Source: Kaistia sp. (GTDB taxonomy: Bacteria; Pseudomonadota; Alphaproteobacteria; Rhizobiales; Kaistiaceae). Taken from it: a stretch of DNA of 64,000 nucleotides. The number at the start of each line of letters is the position of its first letter. Positions within the stretch are counted from its first letter, which is position 1. The notes beneath the pieces were generated by a model, which did no database searches, was not told the DNA's origin, and worked only from the letters and a program-made list of their open reading frames with translations. This document shows positions 22,230-32,149 of this stretch, in pieces. The position numbers and the translations under genes are program-made. The DNA is taken from NCBI GenBank assembly GCA_035555375.1, contig DATMGR010000032.1:251292-315291 (forward strand). The letters are read 5' to 3'.

Positions 22230-22801
22230 GCGCTCTGGGCCGTCCCGGCCTCGTCGATGACGAAGAATTGACCTGAAGACATCACGCCGAGCCTGCCTTC
22301 GCGCGTGATGGCGCGGTCGGCGAGGTCAGCGGCGACGGAACGCGTCAGTCTGGCTTCAAGACCCGGGCGCACCGTCACATAGGGCACGAAAGGTGCGTCC
22401 GGCCCGCCGCCGGGAATCCGCAGCGGATGGTCGCGATCGAGCCTGATCGCCTCGCCTATATTGGTCGCGAAGACCAGCACCGGCGGATCGCACGCCCGAT
22501 CTTCGACGAGATCGATCGCCAGGAACGGGGCATCCTCGACCGCAATCGTCAGCTTTTCGTGAGGCGTCACCAGAACATGGCTCCCGTCGGCCTCGCGCCT
22601 CAGAACCGTGGCGAAGAGGCGCACCAGCGCGGCGCGCTCGATTCGCCCGCCCTCGTGATACCAGTCGCCATGGCGATCGATCCTGATGTCGATCGTCCCG
22701 CAATGCGCCGGATTCCAGCGCTCGACCGGGGCCGGGCGAAAGTCCGTCAAGAGGCTCTCGAGACGGTCCATTGCCGCCTGCCCGTGGCTTCCTTCCGTCA
22801 T
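22226..22801 (-). CDS. DUF1285 family protein
   Basis: PVERWNPAHCGTIDIRI, LVRLFATVLR, LVTPHEK, VEDAPF; 4-nt overlap with nudL. Confidence 0.82.
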   Translation of the reverse strand: MTEGSHGQAAMDRLESLLTDFRPAPVERWNPAHCGTIDIRIDRHGDWYHEGGRIERAALVRLFATVLRREADGSHVLVTPHEKLTIAVEDAPFLAIDLVEDRACDPPVLVFATNIGEAIRLDRDHPLRIPGGGPDAPFVPYVTVRPGLEARLTRSVAADLADRAITREGRLGVMSSGQFFVIDEAGTAQSA

Positions 22802-22951
22802 GGCCTTGGTTTCGCCTTGCTTTGACCCTGCCATGATCCGGCATTTCCCACGCCCCGGCGCTGGCGCCGGCGAACCGATCTGCGAAGATGCGTCTGCGGT
22901 GCTTCCCGCTTGACGCTCGCCGCAGCGACATCAGAAACTATATGGGCCGAC

Positions 22952-23968
22952 ATGAGCGCGTTCAATCAGACACACCTCGCCGACCCCGATCCTGCCGCCA
23001 TCGTCGCCGAGGCGGATGCGGCGGTTGCCACCATCAAGGCGGCCCGCGCCGCGATCGGCCAGATGATCTATGGCCAGGAACAGGTCGTCGAACGCGTGAT
23101 GGTCACGCTGCTCTCCGGCGGCCATGGCCTCCTCGTCGGCGTGCCGGGTCTGGCCAAGACGAAGCTCGTTGAAACGCTCGGCATCGTGCTCGGCCTCGAC
23201 GAACGCCGCGTCCAGTTCACGCCCGACCTGATGCCATCCGATATTCTCGGCTCCGAAGTCATGGACCAGGACGCAGAGGGTCGCCGCGCTTTTCGCTTTC
23301 TGAAGGGCCCGGTCTTCGCCCAGCTCCTGATGGCCGACGAGATCAACCGCGCCAGCCCGCGCACGCAGTCCGCCCTGCTGCAGGCGATGCAGGAATACCA
23401 CGTCACGATCGCCGGCCAACGTTATGATTTGCCGACGCCCTTCCATGTGCTCGCGACGCAGAACCCGCTGGAGCAGGAAGGCACTTATCCGCTTCCCGAG
23501 GCGCAGCTCGATCGCTTCCTGCTGCAGATCGACGTGCTCTATCCCGATATCGAGGCCGAGCGGCGCATGCTGTTCGAGACGACGGGAACCAACGACGCCG
23601 TCGCGACGCGCGTCATGACCGCAGAGAGCCTCCGCGACATCCAGCAGCTCGTCCGACGCTTGCCGGTCGGAACCAGCGTCGTCGAGGCGATTCTCGAACT
23701 CGTACGCTCGGCTCGCCCCGGCGCCTCTGCCGACAAGAGACTGACCGATTCCATCGCCTGGGGCCCGGGGCCGCGCGCCAGCCAGGCGCTGATGCTCGCG
23801 GTGCGCGCCCGCGCCCTGATCGATGGCCGCTATGCACCGTCCATCGACGACGTATTGGCGCTCGCCGAACCCGTGCTGCAGCATCGCATGAGCCTTTCCT
23901 TCGCGGCCCGCGCCGATGGAGAGACGGTGCGCGGCGTCATCGGCCGTCTGAAGTCGCGGATTGGATGA
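22952..23968 (+). CDS. moxR: MoxR family AAA+ ATPase
   Basis: GVPGLAKT, RVQFTPDLMPSD, ADEINRA, ATQNPLEQEGTYPLPEAQLDRF. Confidence 0.95.
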   Translation: MSAFNQTHLADPDPAAIVAEADAAVATIKAARAAIGQMIYGQEQVVERVMVTLLSGGHGLLVGVPGLAKTKLVETLGIVLGLDERRVQFTPDLMPSDILGSEVMDQDAEGRRAFRFLKGPVFAQLLMADEINRASPRTQSALLQAMQEYHVTIAGQRYDLPTPFHVLATQNPLEQEGTYPLPEAQLDRFLLQIDVLYPDIEAERRMLFETTGTNDAVATRVMTAESLRDIQQLVRRLPVGTSVVEAILELVRSARPGASADKRLTDSIAWGPGPRASQALMLAVRARALIDGRYAPSIDDVLALAEPVLQHRMSLSFAARADGETVRGVIGRLKSRIG

Positions 23969-24899
23969 ACGGGTGAGTGAGACCGCCGCCTCATACGACG
24001 CTGGCAAGGGACTGGGCGTCGGCGCAGGCCGATCGCTCGCCGAGGCGAAGAGCCTGGCCGACAGCCTCCCGGGCCTGCTGGTCGAGGCACGCCGCATCGC
24101 GACCACCGTGCTGGCCGGCTGGCATGGCCGCAGGCGCGCCGGACCGGGCGAGACCTTCTGGCAGTTCCGCCCCTTCGTCGCCGGCGAGGCACCGGGCCGT
24201 ATCGACTGGCGCCGCTCAGCCCGCGACGAGCATCTCTATGTACGCGAGCGCGAATGGGAAGCGGCGCACACTATTTGGCTCTCCGCCGACCTGTCACAAT
24301 CCATGGACTTCCGCTCGAAGCTCGCCACCGTCACGAAGCGCGATCGCGCCGCCGTGCTGCTGCTGGCGCTGGCCGAATTGCTGGCAGGCGCCGGCGAGCG
24401 CATCGGCCTGCTCGGGATCGGCGATCCGGTCCTCGCGCGCAACGCCGCCGAGCGCCTCGCCGAAACGCTGGCGCTTCGTGGCGGCGCGACAGGCCTGCCC
24501 GATACGCGCCGGCTGACCCGCTTTTCCGATCTGGTGCTGATCGGCGACATGCTCGATCCGCTGGCCGAGATCGAGGCGAAATTCGCCGAGTTTTCCCGCG
24601 CCGGCGCGACGGTCCATCTGGTCGAGATCCGCGATCCGGTCGAAGAGACGTTTCCCTATGCCGGCCGCGCCGAATTTCGCGATCCGGAATCCGGTGCCGT
24701 CTATCTGGCCGGCCGCGCCGAGCAGCTCGCGGAGGACTATCGCCGCCATCTCGCGGCGCGGCGCGACCATCTCGCCGCCACCTGCCGTCGCATGGGCTGG
24801 ACCTATCTGCTGCATCGAACAGACCGCCCGGCGACGGAGCCGCTGCTGGCCCTGCACGCCCGCCTTTCAGACCGGACGCTGGCCGGAGGCGCTGTCTGA
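23961..24899 (+). CDS. DUF58 (VWA-like) MoxR partner
   Basis: GWHGRRRAGPGETFWQFR, IDWRRSAR, MIDAS-like DLSQS, DPVEETFPY. Confidence 0.9.
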   Translation: MDERVSETAASYDAGKGLGVGAGRSLAEAKSLADSLPGLLVEARRIATTVLAGWHGRRRAGPGETFWQFRPFVAGEAPGRIDWRRSARDEHLYVREREWEAAHTIWLSADLSQSMDFRSKLATVTKRDRAAVLLLALAELLAGAGERIGLLGIGDPVLARNAAERLAETLALRGGATGLPDTRRLTRFSDLVLIGDMLDPLAEIEAKFAEFSRAGATVHLVEIRDPVEETFPYAGRAEFRDPESGAVYLAGRAEQLAEDYRRHLAARRDHLAATCRRMGWTYLLHRTDRPATEPLLALHARLSDRTLAGGAV

Positions 24900-27721
24900 T
24901 GGGCGGCCTGCCGCTTGCGTTCGGTGCGCCGCTCGTCCTCGGCGCGCTCGTGCTGCTGCCGGCAATCTGGTGGCTGCTCAAGCTGACGCCGCCGCGCCCG
25001 CGCATCGAAACCTTTCCGCCGACCCGTATTCTCGCCGAAATCGTGCCGAAGGACGAACAGCCGGCGCGCAGCCCCTGGTGGCTGACCGCGCTGCGATTGC
25101 TGCTGGCGGCGCTCGTCATTTTCGCGCTGGCCGCGCCGGTCTGGCGTCAGGTCGGCGAAACTGCGCCGGGCAACGGACCGCTGCTGCTGGTGCTCGACAA
25201 TGACTGGGCGGCAGCACGCGACTGGCCGGCCCGGATCGACACCGCGAAGCGCATCGCAGCGCTCGCCGAACGCAGCGGCCGCGCCGTGACGCTGATCGCC
25301 ACCGCCGAGCCGCCCAACCAGGAATTCGCGCCGACCGATGCCCGCTCGGTCAGCGCCAAGCTCGATGCGTTGCAGCCACGCCCTTATGACGCCAACCGCG
25401 CCGCGATTGCGGCTGCCATGGCGCCCGGTCTTTCCGAGCGGCCGTTCGGCGGCGTCGTGTGGCTGACCAGCGGCCTCGGCGGCAGCGATGCCGAGGACTT
25501 TGCCCGCTTCCTGAACGACAGTGTGAAGGCGCCGGCCTCCGTCTATGAAGGCGACGGCAAGACCCTTGTCGGCCTGACGCCGCCGACCGCGGGCACCGAT
25601 GCCCTGACGCTGCCGGTCATCCGCAGCGACGGCCGCCTTGCAGGCGGCGGCATCGTCGAGGCGCGCGACCTGAAGGGCCGCTCCATCGGCACGGCGCCTT
25701 TCACCTTCAAGCCAGGCGAGACCAAAGCCGACGCGGCCTTCGACCTGCCGGCCGAGCTTCGCAACGAGATCGTCCGCGTCGAGATTGCCGGCAGCGCCAC
25801 GGCGGGCGCGGTGCAATTGCTCGACGACCGATTCAAGCGCCGCCGCATCGGCATCGTTTCGGGTGCCTCGAGCGACAACGCGCAGCCTCTGCTGTCACCG
25901 CGCTACTATATCGCGCGCGCCGTCCAGCCCTTTGCCGACGTGATCGAGCCGCGTGACGCCAATGCCGCCACCGCGATTCCGCAGCTCATCGACGCTGGAG
26001 CGGCCATCATCGTCCTGGCCGATATCGGCACGCTGACGCCCGATATCGAGCAGCGGCTCAGCAAATGGGTCGAGGATGGCGGCACATTGCTGCGCTTCGC
26101 CGGCCCCCGCCTTGCTGCAGCGACCGCCGACGAGAACACGCTGGTACCCGTTCGCCTGCGCGAAGGCGGCCGTGTCCTTGGCGGCAGCCTCTCCTGGTCG
26201 AGCCCGCAGCCGCTCGCCTCCTTCTCGGAAAATGGTCCCTTCGCCGGCATGACGGTTCCGACCGACGTCACCGTCAATCGCCAGGTGCTGGCCGAGCCCG
26301 ATGCCAATCTGGCGTCGCGAACCTGGGCGGCGCTGGCCGATGGCACGCCGCTCGTCACTGCCGGCCGGCTCGGCAAGGGCTGGCTCGTCCTGTTCCATGT
26401 CACCGCCGATACGAGCTGGTCCAACTTGCCGCTTTCGGGCAGCTTCGTCGACATGCTCCGCCGCATCGCCGCCTTCTCGACTGTCCCGCTGGCCGCCGCC
26501 GACGCGCAGCCCGTCGAGGGCACGGCTGGCGGCGTCATGCTGCCGCCCTGGCGCCTGCTCGACGGTTTCGGCCGCAGCGCCGCGAGCGACCCCTTCGCGC
26601 GGCCGCTGGCGGCGACGGCCGAGAATGTGACGCCGAATCGCGATCATCCGCCGGGCCTCTATGGCACCGACGATGCGTTCCGCGCGGTGAACCTCTTGCG
26701 CGACGGTACGGCTCTGCCGGCCTTCGACGCCTCTCTCGTCAACGGAGCCGCGGTGCAGCCCTATCCGACCACGGCACCGACCGATCTTTCGCCCTTCCTG
26801 CTTCTCGCCGCGCTTGCCTGCCTGATCGCCGATGCACTCGCTGTGCTGTGGCTGAATGGCGGGCTGCGTCTCCGCCGCGCGGCCCCGGCCGCGATCGTCC
26901 TGCTCGCCCTTTTGGCCGCCGCCGCGCCGAGGCCCGCCGAGGCGGATGCGGCTTCGGACCAGTTCGCGATGGATGCGGTCAATGCGACGCGCCTTGCCTA
27001 TGTCATCACCGGCAATGCCGCGATCGACGAGGTCAGCAAGGCGGGCCTCTCGGGCCTTTCGCACGAGCTGGCCAATCGGACAGCGCTCGAGCCGAGCGAC
27101 CCGATTGGCGTCGACATCGCCAAGGATGAACTGGCCTTCTTCCCGCTGCTCTACTGGCCGATCGACCCCAGTTCGCCGATGCCGTCCTCGGAGACGCTGG
27201 CGCGGATCGACGCCTATATGAAGCAGGGCGGCTCGATCCTATTCGATACCCGCGACGAGCTCTCCCGTCCGCCCGGGACGGATGGCTTCGGCGGCACGCC
27301 CGAAGCCGAGAGGCTGCGCACGATGCTGGCCGGGCTGGACATTCCGCCGCTGGAGCCGGTTCCTGGAAACCACGTCCTGACCAAGGCTTTCTATCTTCTC
27401 GCCGATTTCCCGGGCCGCTATTCCGGCGGCCCGCTCTGGGTCGAGGCCTCGGCCGCCGGTGAGGATCCTGCCGACGCGGCCGACCGGCCCGTCCGGCCAG
27501 GCGATGGCGTCTCGTCGATCCTGATCACCGAGAACGATCTGGCCGGCGCCTGGGCGACCGATCCGGATGGCCGCTATCTCTACCCGACCGTGCCGCCCGA
27601 TCCGCGCCAGCGCGAGATGGCCTATCGCACCGGCATCAACATCGTGATGTACACGCTGACGGGCAACTACAAGGCAGACCAGGTTCATGTGCCGGCGCTG
27701 CTTGAAAGGCTCGGCCAGTGA
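24899..27721 (+). CDS. Large membrane protein: N-terminal BatA double-TM, VWA-like region, C-terminal DUF4159
   Basis: LPAIWWLLKLTPPRP...LRLLLAALVIFALAAP; LLYWP; C-terminal YTLTGNYKADQVHVPALLERLGQ; TGATG coupling to DUF58. Confidence 0.88.
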   Translation: MGGLPLAFGAPLVLGALVLLPAIWWLLKLTPPRPRIETFPPTRILAEIVPKDEQPARSPWWLTALRLLLAALVIFALAAPVWRQVGETAPGNGPLLLVLDNDWAAARDWPARIDTAKRIAALAERSGRAVTLIATAEPPNQEFAPTDARSVSAKLDALQPRPYDANRAAIAAAMAPGLSERPFGGVVWLTSGLGGSDAEDFARFLNDSVKAPASVYEGDGKTLVGLTPPTAGTDALTLPVIRSDGRLAGGGIVEARDLKGRSIGTAPFTFKPGETKADAAFDLPAELRNEIVRVEIAGSATAGAVQLLDDRFKRRRIGIVSGASSDNAQPLLSPRYYIARAVQPFADVIEPRDANAATAIPQLIDAGAAIIVLADIGTLTPDIEQRLSKWVEDGGTLLRFAGPRLAAATADENTLVPVRLREGGRVLGGSLSWSSPQPLASFSENGPFAGMTVPTDVTVNRQVLAEPDANLASRTWAALADGTPLVTAGRLGKGWLVLFHVTADTSWSNLPLSGSFVDMLRRIAAFSTVPLAAADAQPVEGTAGGVMLPPWRLLDGFGRSAASDPFARPLAATAENVTPNRDHPPGLYGTDDAFRAVNLLRDGTALPAFDASLVNGAAVQPYPTTAPTDLSPFLLLAALACLIADALAVLWLNGGLRLRRAAPAAIVLLALLAAAAPRPAEADAASDQFAMDAVNATRLAYVITGNAAIDEVSKAGLSGLSHELANRTALEPSDPIGVDIAKDELAFFPLLYWPIDPSSPMPSSETLARIDAYMKQGGSILFDTRDELSRPPGTDGFGGTPEAERLRTMLAGLDIPPLEPVPGNHVLTKAFYLLADFPGRYSGGPLWVEASAAGEDPADAADRPVRPGDGVSSILITENDLAGAWATDPDGRYLYPTVPPDPRQREMAYRTGINIVMYTLTGNYKADQVHVPALLERLGQ

Positions 27722-29796
27722 ACTGGTCCCTGACCTTTGCACCGCTGATCCCGCTGTCGGTCCTGGCGGTGCTGGCCGCGATCGGCCTGCTCGCCATCGC
27801 GCCGCTTCTCGTGCGCCGGACGCGCGGCGCGCTGCTGCGCCTCCTGGCGCTCGCGGCGCTGGTGATGGCGCTTGCCGGCCCGATCCTCTTGGAGGAACAG
27901 CGCCAGTCTCTGCCGACCGTCGTCGCCATGGTCGTCGACAAGACCGCGAGCCAGTCGCTGTCCGACCGGGCAGCCCAGACCGAAGCGATGCGCGCGGAGC
28001 TGGCGAAGCGTTTTGGGGACCTGCGTGACATCGAATTGCGCACGGTCGAGGTCGGCGGCAAGGCGGGTGGCGCGCCGGTTGACGGGACAGAGCTGTTCAA
28101 GGCGGTCCAGGCCGAGCTTGCCGATGTCGCGCCGGAACGGATCGGCGCCGTCGTGATGCTCACCGACGGTCAGGTGCATGACGTCCCCGCCAATCGGTCC
28201 GAAACGCTCGGCAGCGCGCCGCTGCACGCGCTGATCTCAGGCCGCGCCAACGAGATCGACCGCCAGCTCGCGATCCGCTCGGCACCGCGCTTCGGCATTG
28301 TCGGCGAGAAGCAGGTCATCGACTACAGCGTCATCGACAGCGGCACCACGTCGTCGGCGCCGGTCAAGGTCACCATCTCGCGCGACGGCGAGCCGATCGC
28401 GACCGAACTGGTCGTGCCCGGCGCCAGCAACCGCTTCGAGATCGAGGTCGCCCATGCCGGGCAGAACATCTATGAATTCGAGGCCGAGCCGCTCGCCGGC
28501 GAGCTGACTCCCGTCAACAATCGCGCAGCGGCGGTCGTCGACGGCATCCGCGAGAACCTCCGCGTCCTGCTGGTCTCCGGCGAGCCGCATGCTGGCGAAC
28601 GCATCTGGCGCAACCTCTTGAAATCGGACGCCTCCGTCGATCTCGTCCATTTCACCATCCTGCGGCCGCCGGAAAAGCAGGACGGAACACCGATCGACGA
28701 GCTGTCGCTGATCGCCTTCCCGACCCGCGAGCTCTTTTCGGTCAAGATCGACCAGTTCGACCTGATCATCTTCGACCGCTACGCCCAGCAGGGCGTGCTG
28801 CCGGTGCTCTACTTCGACAATATCGCCCGCTATGTCCGCGATGGCGGCGCGCTTCTCGTTGCGTCCGGCCCGGACTATGCCTCCGACAGCAGCCTCTATA
28901 CGACGCCGCTCGCCGATGTTCTGCCGGCCGCGCCGACCGGCCGTGTCATCGAGAAGCCGTTCACGCCCGAGGTCACCGATCTCGGCAAACGCCATCCGGT
29001 GACGCGCGGCCTCGAGGGTGGCGATTCCACGCCGCCGCATTGGAGCCGCTGGTTCCGGCAGATCGAGACCGACAAGCCGACCGGCGAAGTCATCATGAAG
29101 GGCGCCGATGGCGACCCGCTGCTGGTGCTCGACCGCGAGGACAAGGGTCGCGTCGCGCTGCTGCTCTCCGACCAGGTCTGGCTCTGGGCGCGCGGTTATG
29201 AAGGCGGCGGTCCGCATGTCGATCTGCTGCGCCGCCTGGCGCATTGGCTGATGAAGGAGCCGGACCTCGAGGAAGAGGCGCTGCGGGCCAACGCCACAGG
29301 CGGCATGCTGCACATCGAGCGGCAGACCATGCAGGATAGCGCCGGGCCGGTGACGACCATTTCGCCCTCCGGCAAGCGCGGCACCGTCACGCTCAACGCC
29401 GATGGTCCGGGCCTCTTCCGCGCCGATCTGGCAGCGGACGAGATCGGCCTGTGGCGGGTCGAGGACGGCCAGCACCGCGCCTTTGCGCTGGTCGGCCCGG
29501 CCAATCCGCGCGAATTCCAGGATGTCCGCTCCACTTTCGACAGGCTGCAGCCGGTCGCCACGGCCTCCGGCGGCCACATCGCCCGGATGACCGATGCGAA
29601 CGGCAAGCTGGAGGTGCCGCGCGTCGTTCCGGTTCGATCGGGACACGCTGTTTCGGGCCGCGACTGGATCGGCGTGCGCATGACCGAGGCCTCGCTCCTG
29701 ACCGGCGTCGACCGGCTGCCGCTGTTCACGGGTTTTCTTGGTCTCGCCATCCTGCTCGGCCTTGCCGCCGCGACTTGGTATCGCGAAGGCCGCTGA
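27718..29796 (+). CDS. Membrane protein with VWA-like and class I glutamine-amidotransferase-like domains
   Basis: GTGA overlap; VVDKTAS and LTDGQVHD MIDAS-like motifs; RVLLVSGEPHAGER, DLVHFTILRPPEKQD; terminal TM helices. Confidence 0.85.
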   Translation: MNWSLTFAPLIPLSVLAVLAAIGLLAIAPLLVRRTRGALLRLLALAALVMALAGPILLEEQRQSLPTVVAMVVDKTASQSLSDRAAQTEAMRAELAKRFGDLRDIELRTVEVGGKAGGAPVDGTELFKAVQAELADVAPERIGAVVMLTDGQVHDVPANRSETLGSAPLHALISGRANEIDRQLAIRSAPRFGIVGEKQVIDYSVIDSGTTSSAPVKVTISRDGEPIATELVVPGASNRFEIEVAHAGQNIYEFEAEPLAGELTPVNNRAAAVVDGIRENLRVLLVSGEPHAGERIWRNLLKSDASVDLVHFTILRPPEKQDGTPIDELSLIAFPTRELFSVKIDQFDLIIFDRYAQQGVLPVLYFDNIARYVRDGGALLVASGPDYASDSSLYTTPLADVLPAAPTGRVIEKPFTPEVTDLGKRHPVTRGLEGGDSTPPHWSRWFRQIETDKPTGEVIMKGADGDPLLVLDREDKGRVALLLSDQVWLWARGYEGGGPHVDLLRRLAHWLMKEPDLEEEALRANATGGMLHIERQTMQDSAGPVTTISPSGKRGTVTLNADGPGLFRADLAADEIGLWRVEDGQHRAFALVGPANPREFQDVRSTFDRLQPVATASGGHIARMTDANGKLEVPRVVPVRSGHAVSGRDWIGVRMTEASLLTGVDRLPLFTGFLGLAILLGLAAATWYREGR

Positions 29797-29855
29797 CCCC
29801 CATCAGCAAAGAAATGCCACGCGCCTCTGGCGCCGATCCAGCATTTCCGCTATTG

Positions 29856-29879
29856 ATATCTCAATATTCATTGAGATAT
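29856..29879. promoter_or_regulatory. ArsR operator (perfect inverted repeat)
   Basis: ATATCTCAAT-attc-ATTGAGATAT ending 4 nt before the ArsR ATG. Confidence 0.75.
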
Positions 29880-29883
29880 TGAA

Positions 29884-30243
29884 ATGATGATGGACACACC
29901 ACGCGCACTGGATGCCTTTGCCGCTCTCTCGCAGGAAACGCGGCTCAAAATGGTGCGGGTTCTGGTCCAGGCGGGCTCAGGCGGCATGGCAGCGGGTGCA
30001 ATTGGTGACGCGGTCGAGGCCTCCTCGTCGAGTGCGTCCTTCCATCTTGCCCATCTGGAACGCGCCGGCCTCGTTCGGTCGCGCCGCGAATCCCGCTCGA
30101 TCATCTACAGCGCCGACTATGCGGCCCTTTCCGGTCTCGCCGAATTCCTGATGCGCGATTGCTGCCAGGGTCATCCGGCAGTCTGCACACCGGCGCCGCA
30201 GACGAGACAGACCGCCACCGGCTCGCCGCGCCGTGGCCTCTAG
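29884..30243 (+). CDS. ArsR/SmtB family regulator with C-terminal CC...C
   Basis: FAALSQETRL, SFHLAHLERAGLV, RESRSIIY, RDCCQGHPAVC. Confidence 0.88.
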   Translation: MMMDTPRALDAFAALSQETRLKMVRVLVQAGSGGMAAGAIGDAVEASSSSASFHLAHLERAGLVRSRRESRSIIYSADYAALSGLAEFLMRDCCQGHPAVCTPAPQTRQTATGSPRRGL

Positions 30244-31528
30244 CGAGGCGCGGTCCCACGCGCGGCTGACGACCATCGCGGCGCTCGGCGTCACGCAGAT
30301 CTTCGCCTGGGGCGCCACCTATTATCTGCCGGCGGTGCTCGCCCGGCCAATCGCTGCCGATACCGGCTGGCCGCTGTCGCATGTCATGGCAGGCCTTTCG
30401 GTCGGGCTGTTCGCTTCCGGCATCGTGTCGCCGCGCATCGGGCGGTTCGTCCGCGACCATGGCGGCCGGCATGTCCTCCTCATCGGTGTGATGCTGGTCG
30501 CTGCGGGGCTGTCGCTACTCGGCCTCGCCACGTCGGAGGCGATGTTCTTCCTTGCCTGGCTCGTGCTCGGCTGCGGCATGGGCGCCACGCTCTATGATGC
30601 TGCCTTCGCCACGCTGGGGCGCTATTACGGCTATGAGGCGCGCAGCGCCATCACCGCCCTGACGCTGTTCGGCGGCTTTGCGAGCACCATCTGCTGGCCG
30701 CTCAGCGCGTTCCTGCTCGAACGATGGGGCTGGCGCGCCACATGCTTCGTTTATGCGGGTCTGCAACTCGGCCTGTCGCTGCCGCTGCTGTGGCGCTTCC
30801 TCCCTGCACTCGCGCGTGCCCTGCCCTCGAACGGCTCACCCGGCCCGGCGCGGCGCGACGATCCCGACGCTCGGCCCGGCCCTGAGTTCATCATCCTCGC
30901 GGTGATCCTGACACTGGGCGGCACCATCGCGACGACGATCTCCGTCCACCTGCTCGCCATCCTCGGCGCGCACGATGTCGCCCTCGCCGCCGCGGTGGCG
31001 CTCGGCGCATTGATCGGGCCATCGCAGGTCGGCGCACGCGTCTTCGACATGGTCGTCGGCAAGCATCTGCCGGCGATCGCCACCCTGGCCATTGCGACGG
31101 CGCTGATCGCGATCGGCGTCCTCGCGCTCGCGTCCGGCTTGCCGGTCTTCGCGCTGGCTCTGGTGCTCTATGGTGCCGGCAACGGCATCTGGTCGATCGC
31201 GCGCGGCGCGCTGCCGCTGGCGCTGTTCGGGCCGGACCGCTTTCCGGTCCTGATGGGGCGCCTCGCCATGCCGACCCTTCTCGCGCAAAGCCTGGCGCCG
31301 CCGATGACGGCGCTCGTCATCGAGCGCTTCGGGGCATTGCCCCTGGTCACGGCCCTTGCGGCAGCGGCGATCATCAATCTCGGCCTCGTCGGACTGCTAT
31401 GGCGCGTGGCGCGGGGTCGATCGGCACAGGCGGCAGCTCGGAGCATCCCAGATGAGGTCAGCGTCTCGTCGCTGGAGGCGGGCCTCGACAATGGCCTCGC
31501 GTCAGAGAGCGCGCCGCGCGGCGCCTGA
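30233..31528 (+). CDS. MFS transporter (possibly ArsK-like)
   Basis: About 12 hydrophobic segments; LGVTQIFAWGATYY, LYDAAFATL, GGFASTICWP, GPSQVGAR; GTG start overlaps ArsR. Confidence 0.85.
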   Translation: MASSEARSHARLTTIAALGVTQIFAWGATYYLPAVLARPIAADTGWPLSHVMAGLSVGLFASGIVSPRIGRFVRDHGGRHVLLIGVMLVAAGLSLLGLATSEAMFFLAWLVLGCGMGATLYDAAFATLGRYYGYEARSAITALTLFGGFASTICWPLSAFLLERWGWRATCFVYAGLQLGLSLPLLWRFLPALARALPSNGSPGPARRDDPDARPGPEFIILAVILTLGGTIATTISVHLLAILGAHDVALAAAVALGALIGPSQVGARVFDMVVGKHLPAIATLAIATALIAIGVLALASGLPVFALALVLYGAGNGIWSIARGALPLALFGPDRFPVLMGRLAMPTLLAQSLAPPMTALVIERFGALPLVTALAAAAIINLGLVGLLWRVARGRSAQAAARSIPDEVSVSSLEAGLDNGLASESAPRGA

Positions 31529-32002
31529 CAATCCATCGAGAGCGCCTTCGACCAGCGGGCAGACCAGGACGCGCGCCGGATCGGCCGGCGCCGGCAAGGT
31601 GATGCTATAGGGCGGAACCCGGACGAAGCCGAAGGGGCCGTAATAGGGCTCGTCGCCGACAAGCAGCACCACTTGGTGTCCGGCCTCCCGCGCGGCGGCG
31701 AGCGCGGTGCGCATCAGCGATTTGCCGGCACCCCGGCCCTTCCAGCCGTCGACCACCGCGAGCGGCCCGAGCAGGATCGCCGGACGAGCGCCGATCATGA
31801 TTGGGCTCAGCCGCACCGATCCGATCAGATCGGGACCGGTCGTCGCGACGAAGGAAAGGGCCGGATCATGCGGCACGCCCTCGCGCAGCAGCGAGGCGGC
31901 GCGGGAAAAGCGCCCCGGCCCGAACGACGCCTCATGCAGCGCTTCGATGGCGGCGGCGTCGGTCGGCCGCTCGGCCTGGACCGTAAAACTGTCGATCTTC
32001 AT
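31502..32002 (-). CDS. GNAT N-acetyltransferase (YhbS-like)
   Basis: FGPGRF, LLGPLAV, acetyl-CoA motif KGRGAG, LVGDEPYYGPFGF. Confidence 0.88.
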   Translation of the reverse strand: MKIDSFTVQAERPTDAAAIEALHEASFGPGRFSRAASLLREGVPHDPALSFVATTGPDLIGSVRLSPIMIGARPAILLGPLAVVDGWKGRGAGKSLMRTALAAAREAGHQVVLLVGDEPYYGPFGFVRVPPYSITLPAPADPARVLVCPLVEGALDGLSGAARRAL

Positions 32003-32009
32003 GGAAAGT

Positions 32010-32045
32010 GGCTCTCGTCGGAGGGCGCGGTATCCGACGGAAGCC
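32010..32045 (-). promoter_or_regulatory. Hairpin occluding the GNAT ribosome-binding site
   Basis: mRNA GGCUUCCGUCGGA-N10-UCCGACGAGAGCC, 12 of 13 pairs including one GU; contains GAGAG 9 nt before the ATG. Confidence 0.55.
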
Positions 32046-32050
32046 GCCAA

Positions 32051-32149
32051 TCAGGCGCGGCGGGTCCGGCAGACGAACAGGCAAGCGGCGTCGCGCGACG
32101 GGGTGTCGCGGCCGTCGCTTCGTCGTCGCAGGGAAAGCCTCGCAGCCAT
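32051..32149 (-). CDS. Putative 32-aa leader peptide MAARLSLRRRSDGRDTPSRDAACLFVCRTRRA
   Basis: SD-like GAGTGGA upstream; codons 8-10 are CGA CGA CGA; stop lies 5 nt before the RBS-occluding hairpin. Confidence 0.55.
   Translation of the reverse strand: MAARLSLRRRSDGRDTPSRDAACLFVCRTRRA

Noticed and set aside
24254-24898. N-terminal 215 aa of the 1155-aa ORF
   Set aside because: It overlaps DUF58 in another frame; the BatA-type N-terminus starts at ATG 24899.
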